NCBI RefSeq assembly: GCF_004010195.1
Contig: NC_057718.1
Location: forward strand, 104,436,828-104,500,827
From: Chiloscyllium plagiosum
Lineage: Eukaryota
DNA: 64,000 nt
Reading direction: 5' to 3'
In this document: positions 51,877 to 64,000 of the stretch, in pieces
Layout of the letters: every line of letters starts with the position of its first letter
Numbering within the stretch: the stretch's first letter is position 1
Translations under genes and position numbers: made by a program
The notes under the pieces: generated by a model
Database searches by the model: none
Told to the model about the DNA's origin: nothing
What the model saw: only the letters and a program-made list of their open reading frames with translations

Positions 51877-53734
51877 CTGGAAGATTCAAACTTCATTAAA
51901 ACACTGCACTACCATCACTGAACAGCAACAGGTACAGGTAAAACTTCCAAAGCGAGATAATGATTTTACAGCAGCCAATATGAAACATTTGCAAAGACAT
52001 TCAAGTAACGACATAAGCTCAAGTCCCCTGTGCTTTTTAAACGTTATGTAAATCTCAAAATGCTAAAAATACACCACACATTCCTATTGCAAACAAAACA
52101 TTTTGAAGCGTGGTTCTATGAAGTTAGTGAATTCTCAAACATGCTGAATGAGTTTCAGTCAAAGTCATCAACAATTCAACCATGCCCAAAGCTCATGGTA
52201 ACAAGTGACCTCAGCAGTCAGCACATGCTCATCTCTACAGCTCAGCAATTCACAATGAAGACCAACTGCAACTGAAGGATTTTGCAACCATTGCTTTTCA
52301 AAGAAGGTTCTGTTCTTCAACAAGAACCAATTTGCATATAGCAAGGTCCAACAGCAGTGAATGAATGATCTTAAGAGAGATAGTGGCCAGGGAGAAAAAT
52401 CCCTGCTTCTCTCTTTCCCCAACCCCACACCCACCAATGCAAATTAAAATCAAATGGCAAGCTTAGCACATCTGGCAATGATGCACGTGTGCACAAGATG
52501 GGAAGAAACAGTAACAGGAACAGGCCAATCAGCCCATCGAGCTTGCTCTATCATTCAACACGTTCATGGCTCATCTGACATTCCTCACATCCACTTTCCT
52601 GCCCTTTCCCGTAACCCTGGACTCCTTGACTGGTCAAGAATCTCAGTCTTAAATGTATAAGCTCTCTGTGATAAGACATTCCTGAGAGACTCAACCCGGA
52701 GAAAAATTCCTCACCTCCACCTCCAAGTCGGTGCCCCTTTATTCTGAGCCTGTGCCCTCTTGGCCTGGACTCTCCCATGGAGGGAAAACATCCTCTCTGC
52801 ATTGACCCTGTTAAGCCCCTTGAAGGATCTTACATAGAATCAGATGTAGAGCATGGAAGTCAAGTGCCCTCAACACTGCACCCAGGTCTCAGCCTGGACT
52901 ACATGCTCAAGCAATGACAATGGGGCTGGAAGCCCCAAGCTTAGAGTCATGGTGGTCATTACTCAATTAACAGATTGAAACAAGCTGAGGCAGTTTCTCC
53001 ATGACAGAGCTGATAGAGCGCAAGTCTGCGACAAACTGACAACCCATACAGAAAGTTGCACTACCCACTACAACAATTCACTCATGTCACTCGTGCTGCA
53101 CTTGCAAATTACAAGCTGAAACAGCAAGCACTGCTGAATTGGAAGCAATACATCCAGACTGCCGTGGATTAAACATCGGCACACAGTTCCACTACTGCTG
53201 AATCCTGTTTAGACTTTGACTTATTACAGAACTAAAGTTAAACTTTTTCCTGAAGATTGGCAACTGAAAATATTGAAGGAAATGAAGAACAAAGTGCTGG
53301 AGCAGGTCTGGCAGCATCTGTGGAGTTAAATGTTAAGGCTAGTATTATCCTTGCGCAATTCTGAAGAGGCACATTGGACTTCAGGCATTAACTGTTTTCC
53401 CCTCTCATGAGACCAGCTGACTTCCTCCAGTAGTGACCTTTTAACCTCAGATCTCCAGTACCTGCAGCATTTTGCTTTTGTTTTAATGCCAAAGGAAATA
53501 TTTCAAAAATAAAGGGATTGTTCTATTGACAAAGGGCAAGTTGTCTGTCAATAAGTTTTAAATCAGTGTTCAAACATTGCGATATACCAGCTAACAAAGT
53601 CATGGCATGACAAATTAAATTCAGCAAATGCATGTAGAATCAATTAATCACACCAATGTCACATCTAATTGCTTACAAGTCTAAGTGGGACTGATGTTGT
53701 TAATGGTTGAAGTCACTGACCCCATAATTTCTTC

Positions 53735-53855
53735 TCAGTTAAAAAAAAGGACTGCAGATGCTGGAAACCAGAGTCTGAATTCGAGTGGTGGTGGAAAAGC
53801 CCAGGTCAGGCAGCATCCTGACCTGCTGTGCTTTTCCAGCACCATTAATTCAGAC
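53735..53855. mobile_element. Palindromic PLE-derived insert (family-1-like) with 15-bp target-site duplication
   Basis: ccccataatttcttc at 53720-53734 and 53856-53870. Internal hairpin gtctgaatt..aggtcagg cagcat cctgacct..aattcagac. Confidence 0.8.
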
Positions 53856-54886
53856 CCCCATAATTTCTTCGGCCCTGTTGCAAAAGTCTTCCATCTCCAC
53901 AGAAGAAACTGGGTTTTTTCCAAGTGGAACAACATTTCGGCAGTACCACGCATTGCCACTAGGGGGCACTGCAGCGCCACGTGGTGGTGGAACATGGAAC
54001 TGCAGGGGATATCCAGCAAAGCTGAAAAAGCAGAAGCTGCACAGTGGGCCATGGTAAAACAGGCAATAAAACCACCAATACCAGGGCTCCTACGGCTTAT
54101 AGCAGGAAGCAACAGTGCTCATTCGAGGGCCAACATCCTCCACTCTCTTGGGGGGGAAAAAATGAGCACAGAGATACTAAAACCAGAGAGTATTCAGGCT
54201 CAGGTGTAAGGAAACAACTGATAGGGGGAGGGATGAGAGGAGATCCAGAAGGGTACACAGGTTGGGATTCCCATTGCTGATTTCTCCATCCAGGGCTCCA
54301 AATGCAGATGAGCATGTGGGTGGATGGGTGTCAGGCAAGGATCTCCTGTACAGGGGATAAAACAACTTCATCAATAATCAAGGAAGTGCAGCAGAGAGCC
54401 AGGCCCCTGCAACTCTTTTAAAACACGAACACTGGGGACAACAAATAGCACATTTCCCCTCTTCTTTTTAAAACTTGGATCTTCCTTCAGTGATAGGTAA
54501 CTCCTCCTCACCGGTGCCGAGCCCAGCACTTACACTGTTAATCCAGTCTGTGCACAACAGAGGTTTCGATCAGGTGAAACTGTCAGGTCTATTTGTAGGA
54601 ACAGCAAAGTCAGAAGCTAGCAAGAGAGATGTCACCAACAAACTCAATAAAATTGAGAAATAACTTCTCACTGAGGCAGTGAGAATGTGGAACTCATCAC
54701 CACAACAAGTCCCAAGATGAGTAACACAGATATGGTGATAGATGAAGGAAAAAAAAAAAAGAGGGTAAGGCTGACAGGGAAGAATTGAATGGAGCATTAC
54801 TCCTACCATGGGCTCAAGGACCAAACAGCCTGCCTCTGTTTTTAAGTTCAGTTTTTTCACAGTAACATATGCATCTCATTAATGCA

Positions 54887-55036
54887 GGTTGGCTAGCTCA
54901 GTTGGCTGGACTGCTGGTTTGCACTGCAGAATGAGCCCCACAGCATTGCTACAGTTCCTGCACTAACTGAGGTCACCAAGTCTCTCCTTAACCTCTCCAC
55001 TTGCCTGAGGAGTGATGATCTCCAGGTTAAGTGACC
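54887..55036 (+). mobile_element. tRNA-derived SINE 5' part, apparently continuing at about 55550-55603
   Basis: tagctcagttggctgga A-box-like head, interrupted by the PLE relic. Confidence 0.5.
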
Positions 55037-55039
55037 TAA

Positions 55040-55540
55040 AGGACACTATACCAACCAGCAAAACAAATGTCATTTACAAAATACCATGCAAGAACTGTAA
55101 CAAACATCAGACAGGCAGGCAGGAAACGAGCCACCAGGATACATGAACACCAACACAAAAGATATGACCCACTATCACTAGTATTTTTACATGCAGAGGA
55201 GGACACCAGTTTGACCAGGACATCATATCCATCAGAGGACAGGCTAAACAGAGAGAGACACGGGAATTGCTAGAGGCCTGGCATTCAAACCAGAACTCCG
55301 ATAAATACATGCATTTGGATCTCATTTACCAACCTCTGAGAATAAGAATTGGAAATGATATCACCCACCACAACAGACCAAAGACACACAAATAGAAAGC
55401 AGGACATAACACTTGTGCTTCACCAAAGGCTCACTGACGATGTTACCTAATATGGTGACAAACCATCAGAAAACAAACCTTCCGGTTCAGCAAGCAAACC
55501 TCCAACCTGATCATCATCCTGAGCTACAAACCTTCTCAAA
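55040..55540 (+). mobile_element. Penelope-like element 3' relic: GIY-YIG endonuclease remnant plus terminal repeat
   Basis: IRQAGRKRATRIHEHQ..RYDPLSLV (decayed YIGQTGRxLxTRIxEH) followed by frameshifted REL-LEAWHS, then a hammerhead-like motif at 55431-55470. Confidence 0.78.
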
Positions 55541-55874
55541 CAAAAATGCAACCAATCATCCCTCCCTAATGAGGGTGCAGCCCTATGGTCCTGGAGTATA
55601 ACTGCATTCCAACACAGATCAGAGCTTTGTCTCCATTGTGACTCAAAATCTCAAGTGTAAGGCAGGTTAAACGAAGACCACAGAAGTCTCCAATTATACT
55701 TCAGTATGAGAGATGGATTTGTAAAGCAACTGACACAACACTTCTTTATTTGAATGTTTTTATTTTGTGTATGATTTTGCAAATTTTCTCCAGACCGTAA
55801 CTCAGGCCACAACCAGGAATTAATGAAACCGAGTTTAAAGAGAACTGTCTTCCACTCTCACTGAACAGCAAGCC

Positions 55875-56485
55875 AGATTGACAATAAATGGGTGCTTTTC
55901 TGGTTGGTGATCAGTGGCTAGCGGTGTGCCTCATGGATCAGTGTTGGGACTGCAATTGTTTACAATTTACATAAATTGTTTCGAGTTGGGGACCAAGTGT
56001 AGGATGCCTAAATTCGCAGTTAACACAAATGAGCAGCAGAGCAAAATGTGCAGAAGACACAAAGTCTGCAAAGGGATATAAACAGGTTACGGGAGAATGA
56101 GGGGAAATCTTAGAGAAACAAAATTCTGAAGGGAATAGATACGATAGAAGCAGGGAGACTGTTTCCACTGGCAGGTGAAACTAGAACTAGGAGAGCATAA
56201 CCTCAAGAAAAACAGATTTAGGGCTGAATTGAGGAGGAACTTCTTCACCCGAAGGGTTGAGAATCTGTGGCATTCCCTGCCCAGTGAAGCAGATGACGTT
56301 ACCTCATTAGTGTTTTTAAGACAAAGATAGATAGATTTTTGAACAGTAAAGGAATCAAGGGTCATGGGGAGTGGGCAAGTAAGTGGAGTTGAGTCCATGA
56401 GAAGGTCAGCCATGACCTTATTGAATGGGAGAGCAGGCTCGTGGGGCCAGAAAGCCTACTCCTGCTCCTAGCTCTGATGTTCTTT
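55875..56485 (+). mobile_element. CR1 LINE fragment with internal deletion
   Basis: gtgtgcctcatggatcagtgttgggac (GVPQGSVLG-like) joined to a CR1 3' tail. Confidence 0.82.
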
Positions 56486-56908
56486 AATCTTGATGAACCA
56501 CAGCAGGCTGTTTGCATTTCACCAGGAGTTCAAGGTCCAAGCCTGGAGAGTCCAATGATACAAGGGCAATGTAGAGACATCTCAAAGATTGATCACTTCC
56601 AATGGCCCACTGCAAGTGGTGCATTGAATATTAACAAATCACTCAGCCAATAGAAGCAGAGAGAGAAGTGGCATTGACAACAAACTCAGACTGATCGGCC
56701 TCCAGGAGAAATCATGTTCAGACTACATCAAAACTAGTCTGGTCTGTCTGTAATTAAGAGGATGAATTGTTATTAGACATTACCAAGAGGAACTAATATC
56801 CCATGTCTTTCCAGCATTAGATGGGCCACCAACAAGACTGAGGAGAAATGCAGTACAAGCACAGCTCTACCATTTGACGATACAACGCAATCAAACTCCT
56901 TGCCTCAC

Positions 56909-57045
56909 CTTAATGAGGTATCGGGTGATGTCCCGGCCAGCAATATCGAGCCTCCGCGTTAGGTGTGGCAGTGAGAACCCTTCATACACGGGGCAGATGT
57001 GTGTCACACCATCACCTGAGTCCACAACCACACCAGTCAGCAAAC
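56909..57045 (-). CDS. ACTR2: Actin-related protein 2, exon 5 (human numbering), 137 nt
   Basis: tccag acceptor and gtgagg donor. Encodes [46 protein letters not shown]. Confidence 0.97.
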
Positions 57046-57989
57046 CTGGAGGAAGACAGAGTTCATCAGCAAAGAGCAACTCCAAACATTTCAGAGTGAC
57101 CGTACACGGTTGTCACTAAAACCCAACACAGTCGGAAAGGTTATCAGAATTTCTCTGCTGTAGATAGCGTATTTAGTCACAAGCGGAAACCCAGCATTTC
57201 CTCTGAAGGAGATGGGTATTTGTGAGGGAGGGGTGGGGCAGATGGAGCAAAAAGGGCAGCAGGAAAGTCTTGCCCTTCATGGGTTTACTGCTGTGGTTTA
57301 GTAAGGCACACAGACAGCAGTCCAAAGCTTTTCACAAGATACAGAGACCCTGTCTCCCTCCATTGACCTTTCTGGTCAGACAATCACATGCTCTCCCTCT
57401 TTCCACCAATGTCAACAGCAGCTCAAGCTCTCCTTACTCTCCCAGGTACCTCCATGATGTCAGACAATGTGCCCGGATAAGCAATGGACAAGTCAAACCT
57501 GCCTATAGCCTGAACATCTCAGACTGAAGTTGAGCTTTTATTCACTCGTCAAAACCCACCTCTTTCCCACTCCAGCTCAAACAGGTTGCTGAGAAGCTCT
57601 TGGTATTCTGCCACTCTGGCCAAGACTTGGCTTTCACTAAAAGGCTGCTGACTCCCAGTCAGTCAATCTCCTTCCTTATTCACCTGTGCACCAACCATAC
57701 AACTGCTCTCTCCAAACTCCATTCTCCCATGCCCTCCATGGAGTCTCATGCTAAGGGCTGACATTCACACTTGCCCTATCACAGACCCATGTGTTTCCAC
57801 ATGGAACTTGAAGCATTGTCTAATGTACCCCCCTGACCTTGGATCCAGCAAGCCTTGCTCTTTTTGCACTTTGCCAATGGGCCCCTCTTCAAACCTGATG
57901 CTTCTGATCAAGCTTTCTGAATTGTTATGGTGCAGGAAGTCAGTCTTCACAGTGCATGACAAGTAATTTCCCAAATATTCAAACAAGTG

Positions 57990-59595
57990 AGGGGACAGAG
58001 CAGAGTGTGGTGGCCATCAACAAGGAAAAGGTGCAAGAGAAGCTGAACGGCCTGAAGGTGGATAAGCCACCTGGACCAGATGGACTGCACCCCAGAGTTT
58101 GAAGGGAGATAGCTGAAGTGATAACAGAAGCATTACTGGTGATCTTTCAGGAATTGCTAAAATCAGGGAGGGTCCCAGAGGACTGGAAGATTACTATTGT
58201 GACACCCTTGTTTAAAAAAGGAGTAAGGTACAAGATAGAAAATTATATAACCTCTTGTGTACAAAATCCTGGAATCCATTGTGAAGGATGAGATTTCTGA
58301 ATACTTGGGAGTGTATGGTAAAATAGGGCAAAGTCAGCATAGTTTCATCAAGGGGAGATCATGCCTGACAAATCTGTTCGAATTCTTTGAGGAAGTAACA
58401 AACCGTTAGACCAAGGAGACCCAATGGATGTTGTCCTCCTGGCCTTCAAGAAGGTCTTTGACATGGTGCCGCACAGGAGGCTGCTGAGTAAGATAAGGGC
58501 CCATGGTGTTAGAGACAAGGTGCTAGCATGGATAGAGGCTTGGCTGTCTGGCAGAAAGCAGAGAGTGGGCATAAAAGGGTCCTTCTCAGGATGGAAGCTG
58601 GTGACAAGTGGTGTTCCGCAAAGCTCAGTGTTGGGACCGCAACATTCCACTTTACACATTAACGATCTGAATAAATGAACTGGGGACGTTCTGGCTACGT
58701 TTGCAGACAAAACAAAGATAGTTAGAGAGACAGGTAGCATTGAGGCGGCGGGGAGGTTGCAGAAGGATTTGGACAGGTTAGGAGAATGGGCAAAGAAGTG
58801 GCAGATAGAAGACATGGGGAAGCGCGAGGTCATGCACTTTGGTAGGAAGAATCAAGGCATGGACTGTTTACTAAATGGAGAGAAAATTCAGAAGTCTGAA
58901 GTGCAGAGACACTTGGGAGTTCTAGCCCAGGATTCTCTCAAGGTAAACTTGCAGGTTGACTCAGTAGTTCCAAAGGCAAACGCAATGATGGCATTTATTT
59001 TGAGAGGACTTGAATATAAAAGCAGTATGTTCTTCTGAGGCTCCATAATGCTCTAGTCAGACCACACTTGGAGAATTGTGCACAGCTTTGGGCCCAATAT
59101 CTCGGAGGATGTACTGGCCCTGGAGCAGGTTCAGAGGAGGTTCACAAGAATGGTCCCAGGAATGAACAATTTAACATATGAGGAATGTTTGAGGACTCAA
59201 GTTATACTTGGAGTTTAGAAGGATGAGAGAGGAATAAAATTGAAACATATGAATACTGAATGGCCTGGACAGAGTGGATGTTGGGAAGATGTTTCCATTG
59301 GTAGGAGAGACTAGGGCCTGAGGGCACAGCCTCAGAGGAAAGGGAAGACCATTTAGAACGGAGATCAGGAGAAACTTCTTCATCCAGAGAGTGGGGAATC
59401 TGTGGTATTCATTACCACAGAAGGCTGTGGAGGGCAGGTCACTGAGCATATTTAAGACTGAGATAGATAGGTCCTTGGTTGGCAAGAGGATCAAGGGTTA
59501 TGGGGAGAAAGCAGAAGAATGGGATTGAGAAATTTATCCGCCATGACTGAACAGCAGAGCAGCCTCGATGGGTTGAATGGCCTAATTTCTGCTGC
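57990..59595 (+). mobile_element. CR1 LINE ORF2 fragment (about 1.6 kb, disrupted)
   Basis: Encodes PGPDGLHPRV, AFKKVFDMVPHRRLLSK, VTSGVPQSSVLGP, FADKTK and QKDLDRLGEWAKKWQ, with stops and frameshifts; the 3' tail is present. Confidence 0.93.
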
Positions 59596-60617
59596 CATAC
59601 CAATTCAGGTCATCTATGACCCACTGCCAATCTCCTGTCTTTTCCCAAAGCCCTGCACTCCATTACTATCAAAACAACCAGCCAACGCCCACAAATACTC
59701 AACTGAACCATCTCTCCACCACATTCCCAGCGGTGTATTTCAAATCCTAACGACTCAGAACTGTTGTTTCTCATTATCCTTGCTTCATTTGCACTTCCCT
59801 TGAATTGTTCTTACCCCAGGACAAACAAACTCCTCTAACCTTCAACCACTGCTAACTGTTGCATCATAGCTCTGCTAGTCATTCCATGATCACCTCTGAC
59901 ATGGAGATGTGTAAATTGGTGCTGTATGGACAGCTGGAGGCAGCAATCAGACAAGTCAGGAACCATTGCTCTGCCCCATTTCCGAGAGTAGCTGTAAATT
60001 ATATGCTGCTTCTACAGAGGCATCATAAACAGATAGCCCGCTCCAATATGCACTAACAAATACAGAACTCACCTTCACCAGGTGATCAGAGTAATGTCAG
60101 GTTGACACACTTTACAGCAAGGAGACAAGTAAAATAGATTTGACCTATTTTTTTCCATGCTAAAGTTATCTCTGACCCAATTAAAACAATTCTTGCACAC
60201 ATTTTCATCTCAAATCTAGTGTGTGGTGCCTGATCTGATCTGATTAAGTGAAGCCCTGGGATCATCACAACAACCTTCAACCCCTGAGGCAAAGGAATTG
60301 AAGATGAGAGTACCTCTGCACATCCCCAAGCAGATGAACTAATGTTTGTTTGTAAGGATCGATCTTTGTAATGAAAATGCTGCCTGAATCTTTGCTGGAA
60401 TGGAGTCCTGGTTAAAAACAGTGTTGAATTATACAGTGACATGCATTTGCCAGAGGTGAGCTCACCACCCAACAAGAAGCCAGACAGTTCACTCCAGATT
60501 AGAGCTCCGGACCCGAAAGGATTTCCTAAATCTACCAGCTTCAGTCATTTTGAGATCTGAACCAGAACCCATGGCTTAGCAACAAGTTCTGGGAAGTATT
60601 ACCAGTTTACAATTAGA

Positions 60618-60844
60618 TCATAGAATCATAGAGATGTACAACATGGAAACAGACCCTTCGGTCCAACCCGTCCATGCCAACCAGATATCCCAACTTAATC
60701 TAGTCCCACATGCCAGCACCCGACCCATATCTCTCCAAACCCTTCCTATTCATATACCCATCCAAATGCCTCTTACATGTTGCATTGTACCAGCCTCCAC
60801 CATTTCCTCTGGCAGCTCATTCCATACACGTACCACCCTCTGTG
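60618..60844 (-). mobile_element. Young CR1 3' end, antisense
   Basis: Reverse complement of the tail seen at 29715-29919 and 61285-61514. Confidence 0.9.
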
Positions 60845-61243
60845 AATCATCTTGCAAGACTGAATGCCCCATCCTACCCTCATCTCCTCAGTCCCCAGTG
60901 ACACAAAGTTTCATGGTCTGCCTTCTAGCACTTTGAAAGGCTAAAATTTTTATGCTTCAGTCACTGGAAATGAATATGGTACTCTCAACTAAGGATTTGA
61001 TCAGACCATTGGACAGCCCACACTCACTTCCCCTTATCTGTCATCAGAGATAATTCTACACCCTTAAAAACAGAAATCGGAAAAGCTCAACAGGTCTGGC
61101 AGCATCTGTGAAGAGAAATCAAAGTTAATGTTTGAGTCCTCAGACCCCTAGTTTTAAGGGTCACAGGACCCGAAATGTTAACTGATTTCTCTTCACAGAT
61201 GTTTACAGACCTGCTGAACTTTTCTAGCCACTTCTGTTTTTGC

Positions 61244-61514
61244 TGAGAGGGGAAAGATATAAAAGAGACCTATGGGGCAACTCTTTCACACAGAGGGTGG
61301 TACATGTATGGAATGAGCTGCCAGAGGAAGTGGTGGAGGCTGGTACAATTGCAACATTTAAAAGGCATCTGGATGGGTATATCAATAGGAAGGGTTTGGA
61401 GGGATATGGGCGGGTGCTGGCAGGTGGGACTAGATTGGGTTGGGATATCTGGTCGGCATGGACGGGTTGGACTGAAAGGTCTGCTTCCGTGTTGTACATC
61501 TCTATGACTCTATG
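61244..61514 (+). mobile_element. Young CR1 3' end, sense
   Basis: RGERYKRDL..FTQRVVHVWNELPEEVVEAGT..FKRHLDG, plus a ctctatgactctatg tail. Confidence 0.9.
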
Positions 61515-62140
61515 TGCACTTCTTTCAATTTTTACATAGTTTTACATCCTCTTGACTTCATTTCAGTGACTTAACTACCCAAGCAGTTATTTTACGAAAG
61601 CCTGCAGATATGCTGCATTGCCCCGAACTACCCAAACACTATAGAAATGGTAATGCTCCTCATATTTATCTCCTATTCAGATCGTCTTAACCTTGCCTGC
61701 AATCCATTTCATTTGTTACTGAAGTCAACACAAAGTATTTAAGTGGATCTGTCTGCAACTCCTCAGATTCAACTATGACTCCCTCATACAATCTGCTATT
61801 GAAACAATTCGGTCAGTGAGCTCAGTGCTCCAGCTGACTGAACCAAAGGTAATGCTTCGTCCCCACTCCTCGGCTTTTTCTTTAGAGGCCTCCAAAGTTC
61901 CTCATCCTCATGAAGCCACTCAACTTCCTTTTCAAGTTATTCAGAGAATCAGCTTCCACTTCTTCAGATCGTGACAGTTCTGCAGAAACAGTCATCTTGT
62001 GGTGATTTTTAAATTTAAAGAGAAGAATTGCAGTTGTACAGCACATGCCACAACTGAGACTGTTTCTCTCCCAATTCAGTACTTCTAACAAGTAGTCACC
62101 ATTAAAAATCAGGAAATGTGCCTATCCCTTTATCCCTAAT

Positions 62141-62434
62141 GGGCGGCACGGTGGCTAGCACTGCTGCCTCACAGCGCCCGAGACCCGGGTTCAGTTCCCG
62201 CCTCAGGCGACTGACTGTGTGGAGTTTGCACATTCTCCCCGTGTCTGCGTGGGTTTCCTCCGGGTGCTCCGGTTTCCTCCCACTGTCCAAAGATGTGCAG
62301 GTAAGGTGAATTGGCCAAGCTAAATTGCCCGTAGTGTTAGGTATAGGGGTATGGATGAGTTGTGCTTCGGCGGGTCAGTGTGGACTTGTTGGGCCGAAGG
62401 GCCTGTTTCCACACTGTAATGTAATCTAATCTAA
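62141..62434 (+). mobile_element. HE1-like V-SINE, young (CpGs retained)
   Basis: gggcggcacggtggctagc..cccgggttcagttcccg..ctccccgtgtctgcgtgggtttcctccgggtgctccggtttcctccc..taatctaatct. Confidence 0.92.
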
Positions 62435-64000
62435 ACAATCCATTGCAGTTGGTGAGAGCTTGCTGTGTACAATGACTGGATAATTTGGTCTTCGTTGCTG
62501 TTTGAGGGACACTTTCTACAGGATACCCTGTTCTTCTTTAATTAACATTGGGATTGTCGTGTAGTTAATGGGTCTATTCACTAGAGGGAATCATGTTCTC
62601 ACTCTGATCTTTCAATCTTTCAAACTGAGGTCACCTTTCCACCTCGTCTGTTCTGGAGAGATCAGAGCAGACATTTCCAGCCTCTTGTCCCTAGTAAGCC
62701 TTTTCAGGCCTTTCCTCCTCTGTTTTGTACTATGTATAAATACGATCAAATGGCACTCAACACTCAGGATGTTAATAAAGGTGAAGCTGATGTTGCCTCG
62801 ATCCTCCAGACTATTAGCAATATGCTGACCAGGGAAACAAATAAAAACAGCAATATATTCATTAAAATATCAAAGACATAAGCACCGCAAACATAAACTA
62901 TGGACATGTACACACCACTAACTACACGAAGGAGAAGACAGGGTCTTTCAGGAAGTAGACTTGCTGAACTTTATTCAAAATTGACCAGATGTTCAAGAAA
63001 GGCCACCTGCAGGGTTATCAGCATAGGTCTATGTTCCACCAGAAATCTGAAGTTGCAACCAAAATTTCCTAAGATTTTGTTCAATTTCATTAAACATGGA
63101 CTTGTCTTTTATAGAATGGCCTTGTTTTGTATTTTACAGTTGGATGATGATGATTCAATTTGGAGATCTCCAGGAATTTTGTTAATTGTATCCAGGAGTT
63201 GGAGAAGGTGGCCCTGAGCCTTTCCTTCAAATGAACAATTTATCGTCCTGACTACAGATTACAAAACTGCAAGTTGCAGGTCCATGATTAAGGAGGCCGC
63301 ATTGCGGTTGACACTGGAGATTCAAATACTTAAACAGCGTGTGACAACCTTGCGCAGAAGGGTCAACGTTTGGTTACCATGATTCCCCCCTAACAATGAG
63401 ATGCCTCTTCCTGATGAGTTCTGATTGTTATTGAACACTGGATCAAGCTGCAGAATGCAGTACAGAACTAAAATTCAGTAAACACACATTTCACCTTCGT
63501 GGGTAAAACCAACTTAACGACAATCCTGTCTCAATAGAAGTAGCAACTTGAATTTCTGTGAAATAGAACATTTTAAAACTAAAAATGAACATGTAAAGTT
63601 AAACCATTTCTTAATGTTCTCAACAATGAACTTGCAATCACTTCTGATAACCCAGGCTAAACATCCCCTCCAATCATTGCTAAGCTGCCTGTCCTACTTC
63701 CTACACCCCATGTCCTTGGTATTTAGAGTTGAGCAAAAAGAAATGCTTCCTCTAAACTTCAAGGTGACCCCTTCAGCCTCTTTCTGGTGCTTGGATTTTC
63801 AGATTGTTACTCTTTAAAGTTTATGACTTCCATGATGCTTTTCTTATTTCTGATTAAATGCTTTCCATTTATTTTATGAAAATTTTTCATAATCATGAAT
63901 AAATGACCCAGCAAAATTAACTTAGTGATATTTCATAATTATTTTCCATTTTAAACTAGAAGACAATTTTTAAATTTCTGAGATCAGGCAGACCGTAATA

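Noticed and set aside
53685..54209. 174-aa ORF and overlapping antisense ORFs
   Set aside because: They cross a palindromic repeat insert, have no recognisable domain and lie in an ACTR2 intron.
62141..62205. tRNA gene-like A/B boxes here and at other SINE heads
   Set aside because: They continue directly into SINE bodies and form no complete cloverleaf.
62760..63250. Coding-like patch with LDD(D) as an RT fossil
   Set aside because: No supporting RT motifs were recognised; too weak to call.
57046..64000. ACTR2 exon 4 (VMFETYQF..LYAQ)
   Set aside because: No such coding sequence was found by eye. It is presumably beyond the right edge.
1..64000. CRISPR arrays, operons or other prokaryotic systems
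   Set aside because: The sequence is spliced vertebrate DNA with no regularly spaced repeat-spacer array.

Overview
Vertebrate genomic DNA, almost certainly a cartilaginous fish: the HE1/V-SINE, Deu-SINE and CR1 repeat content points to a shark. Two intron-containing genes lie on the minus strand. The first is the 3' half of ACTR2/Arp2 (coding exons 5-9, 47056-57045, with the 3' UTR running down to about 45.1-45.3 kb). The second is exons 2-4 of a SPRED2-like gene (EVH1 domain, 4581-8570). Its exon 1 is not identifiable and its later exons probably lie left of the window. Two 500-N scaffold gaps (9627-10126, 31494-31993) separate the genes. The rest is intron and intergenic DNA rich in CR1, L2 and Rex1 LINE fragments, several tRNA-SINE families and Penelope-like element (PLE) relics. 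Almost all short ORFs in the track are spurious. Main points of interest: (1) several families of short palindromic PLE-derived inserts carrying minimal hammerhead-ribozyme cores, plus a PLE relic linking a GIY-YIG remnant to such a core; (2) ACTR2 and SPRED2-like in tandem rather than the convergent human arrangement, each with an unusual residue change (2-aa EVH1 loop deletion; Arp2 Pro->Ala), which suggests a paralogous locus or a scaffolding artefact; (3) close inverted CR1 pairs in ACTR2 introns. Human comparisons and repeat family names are from recall, not from a search.
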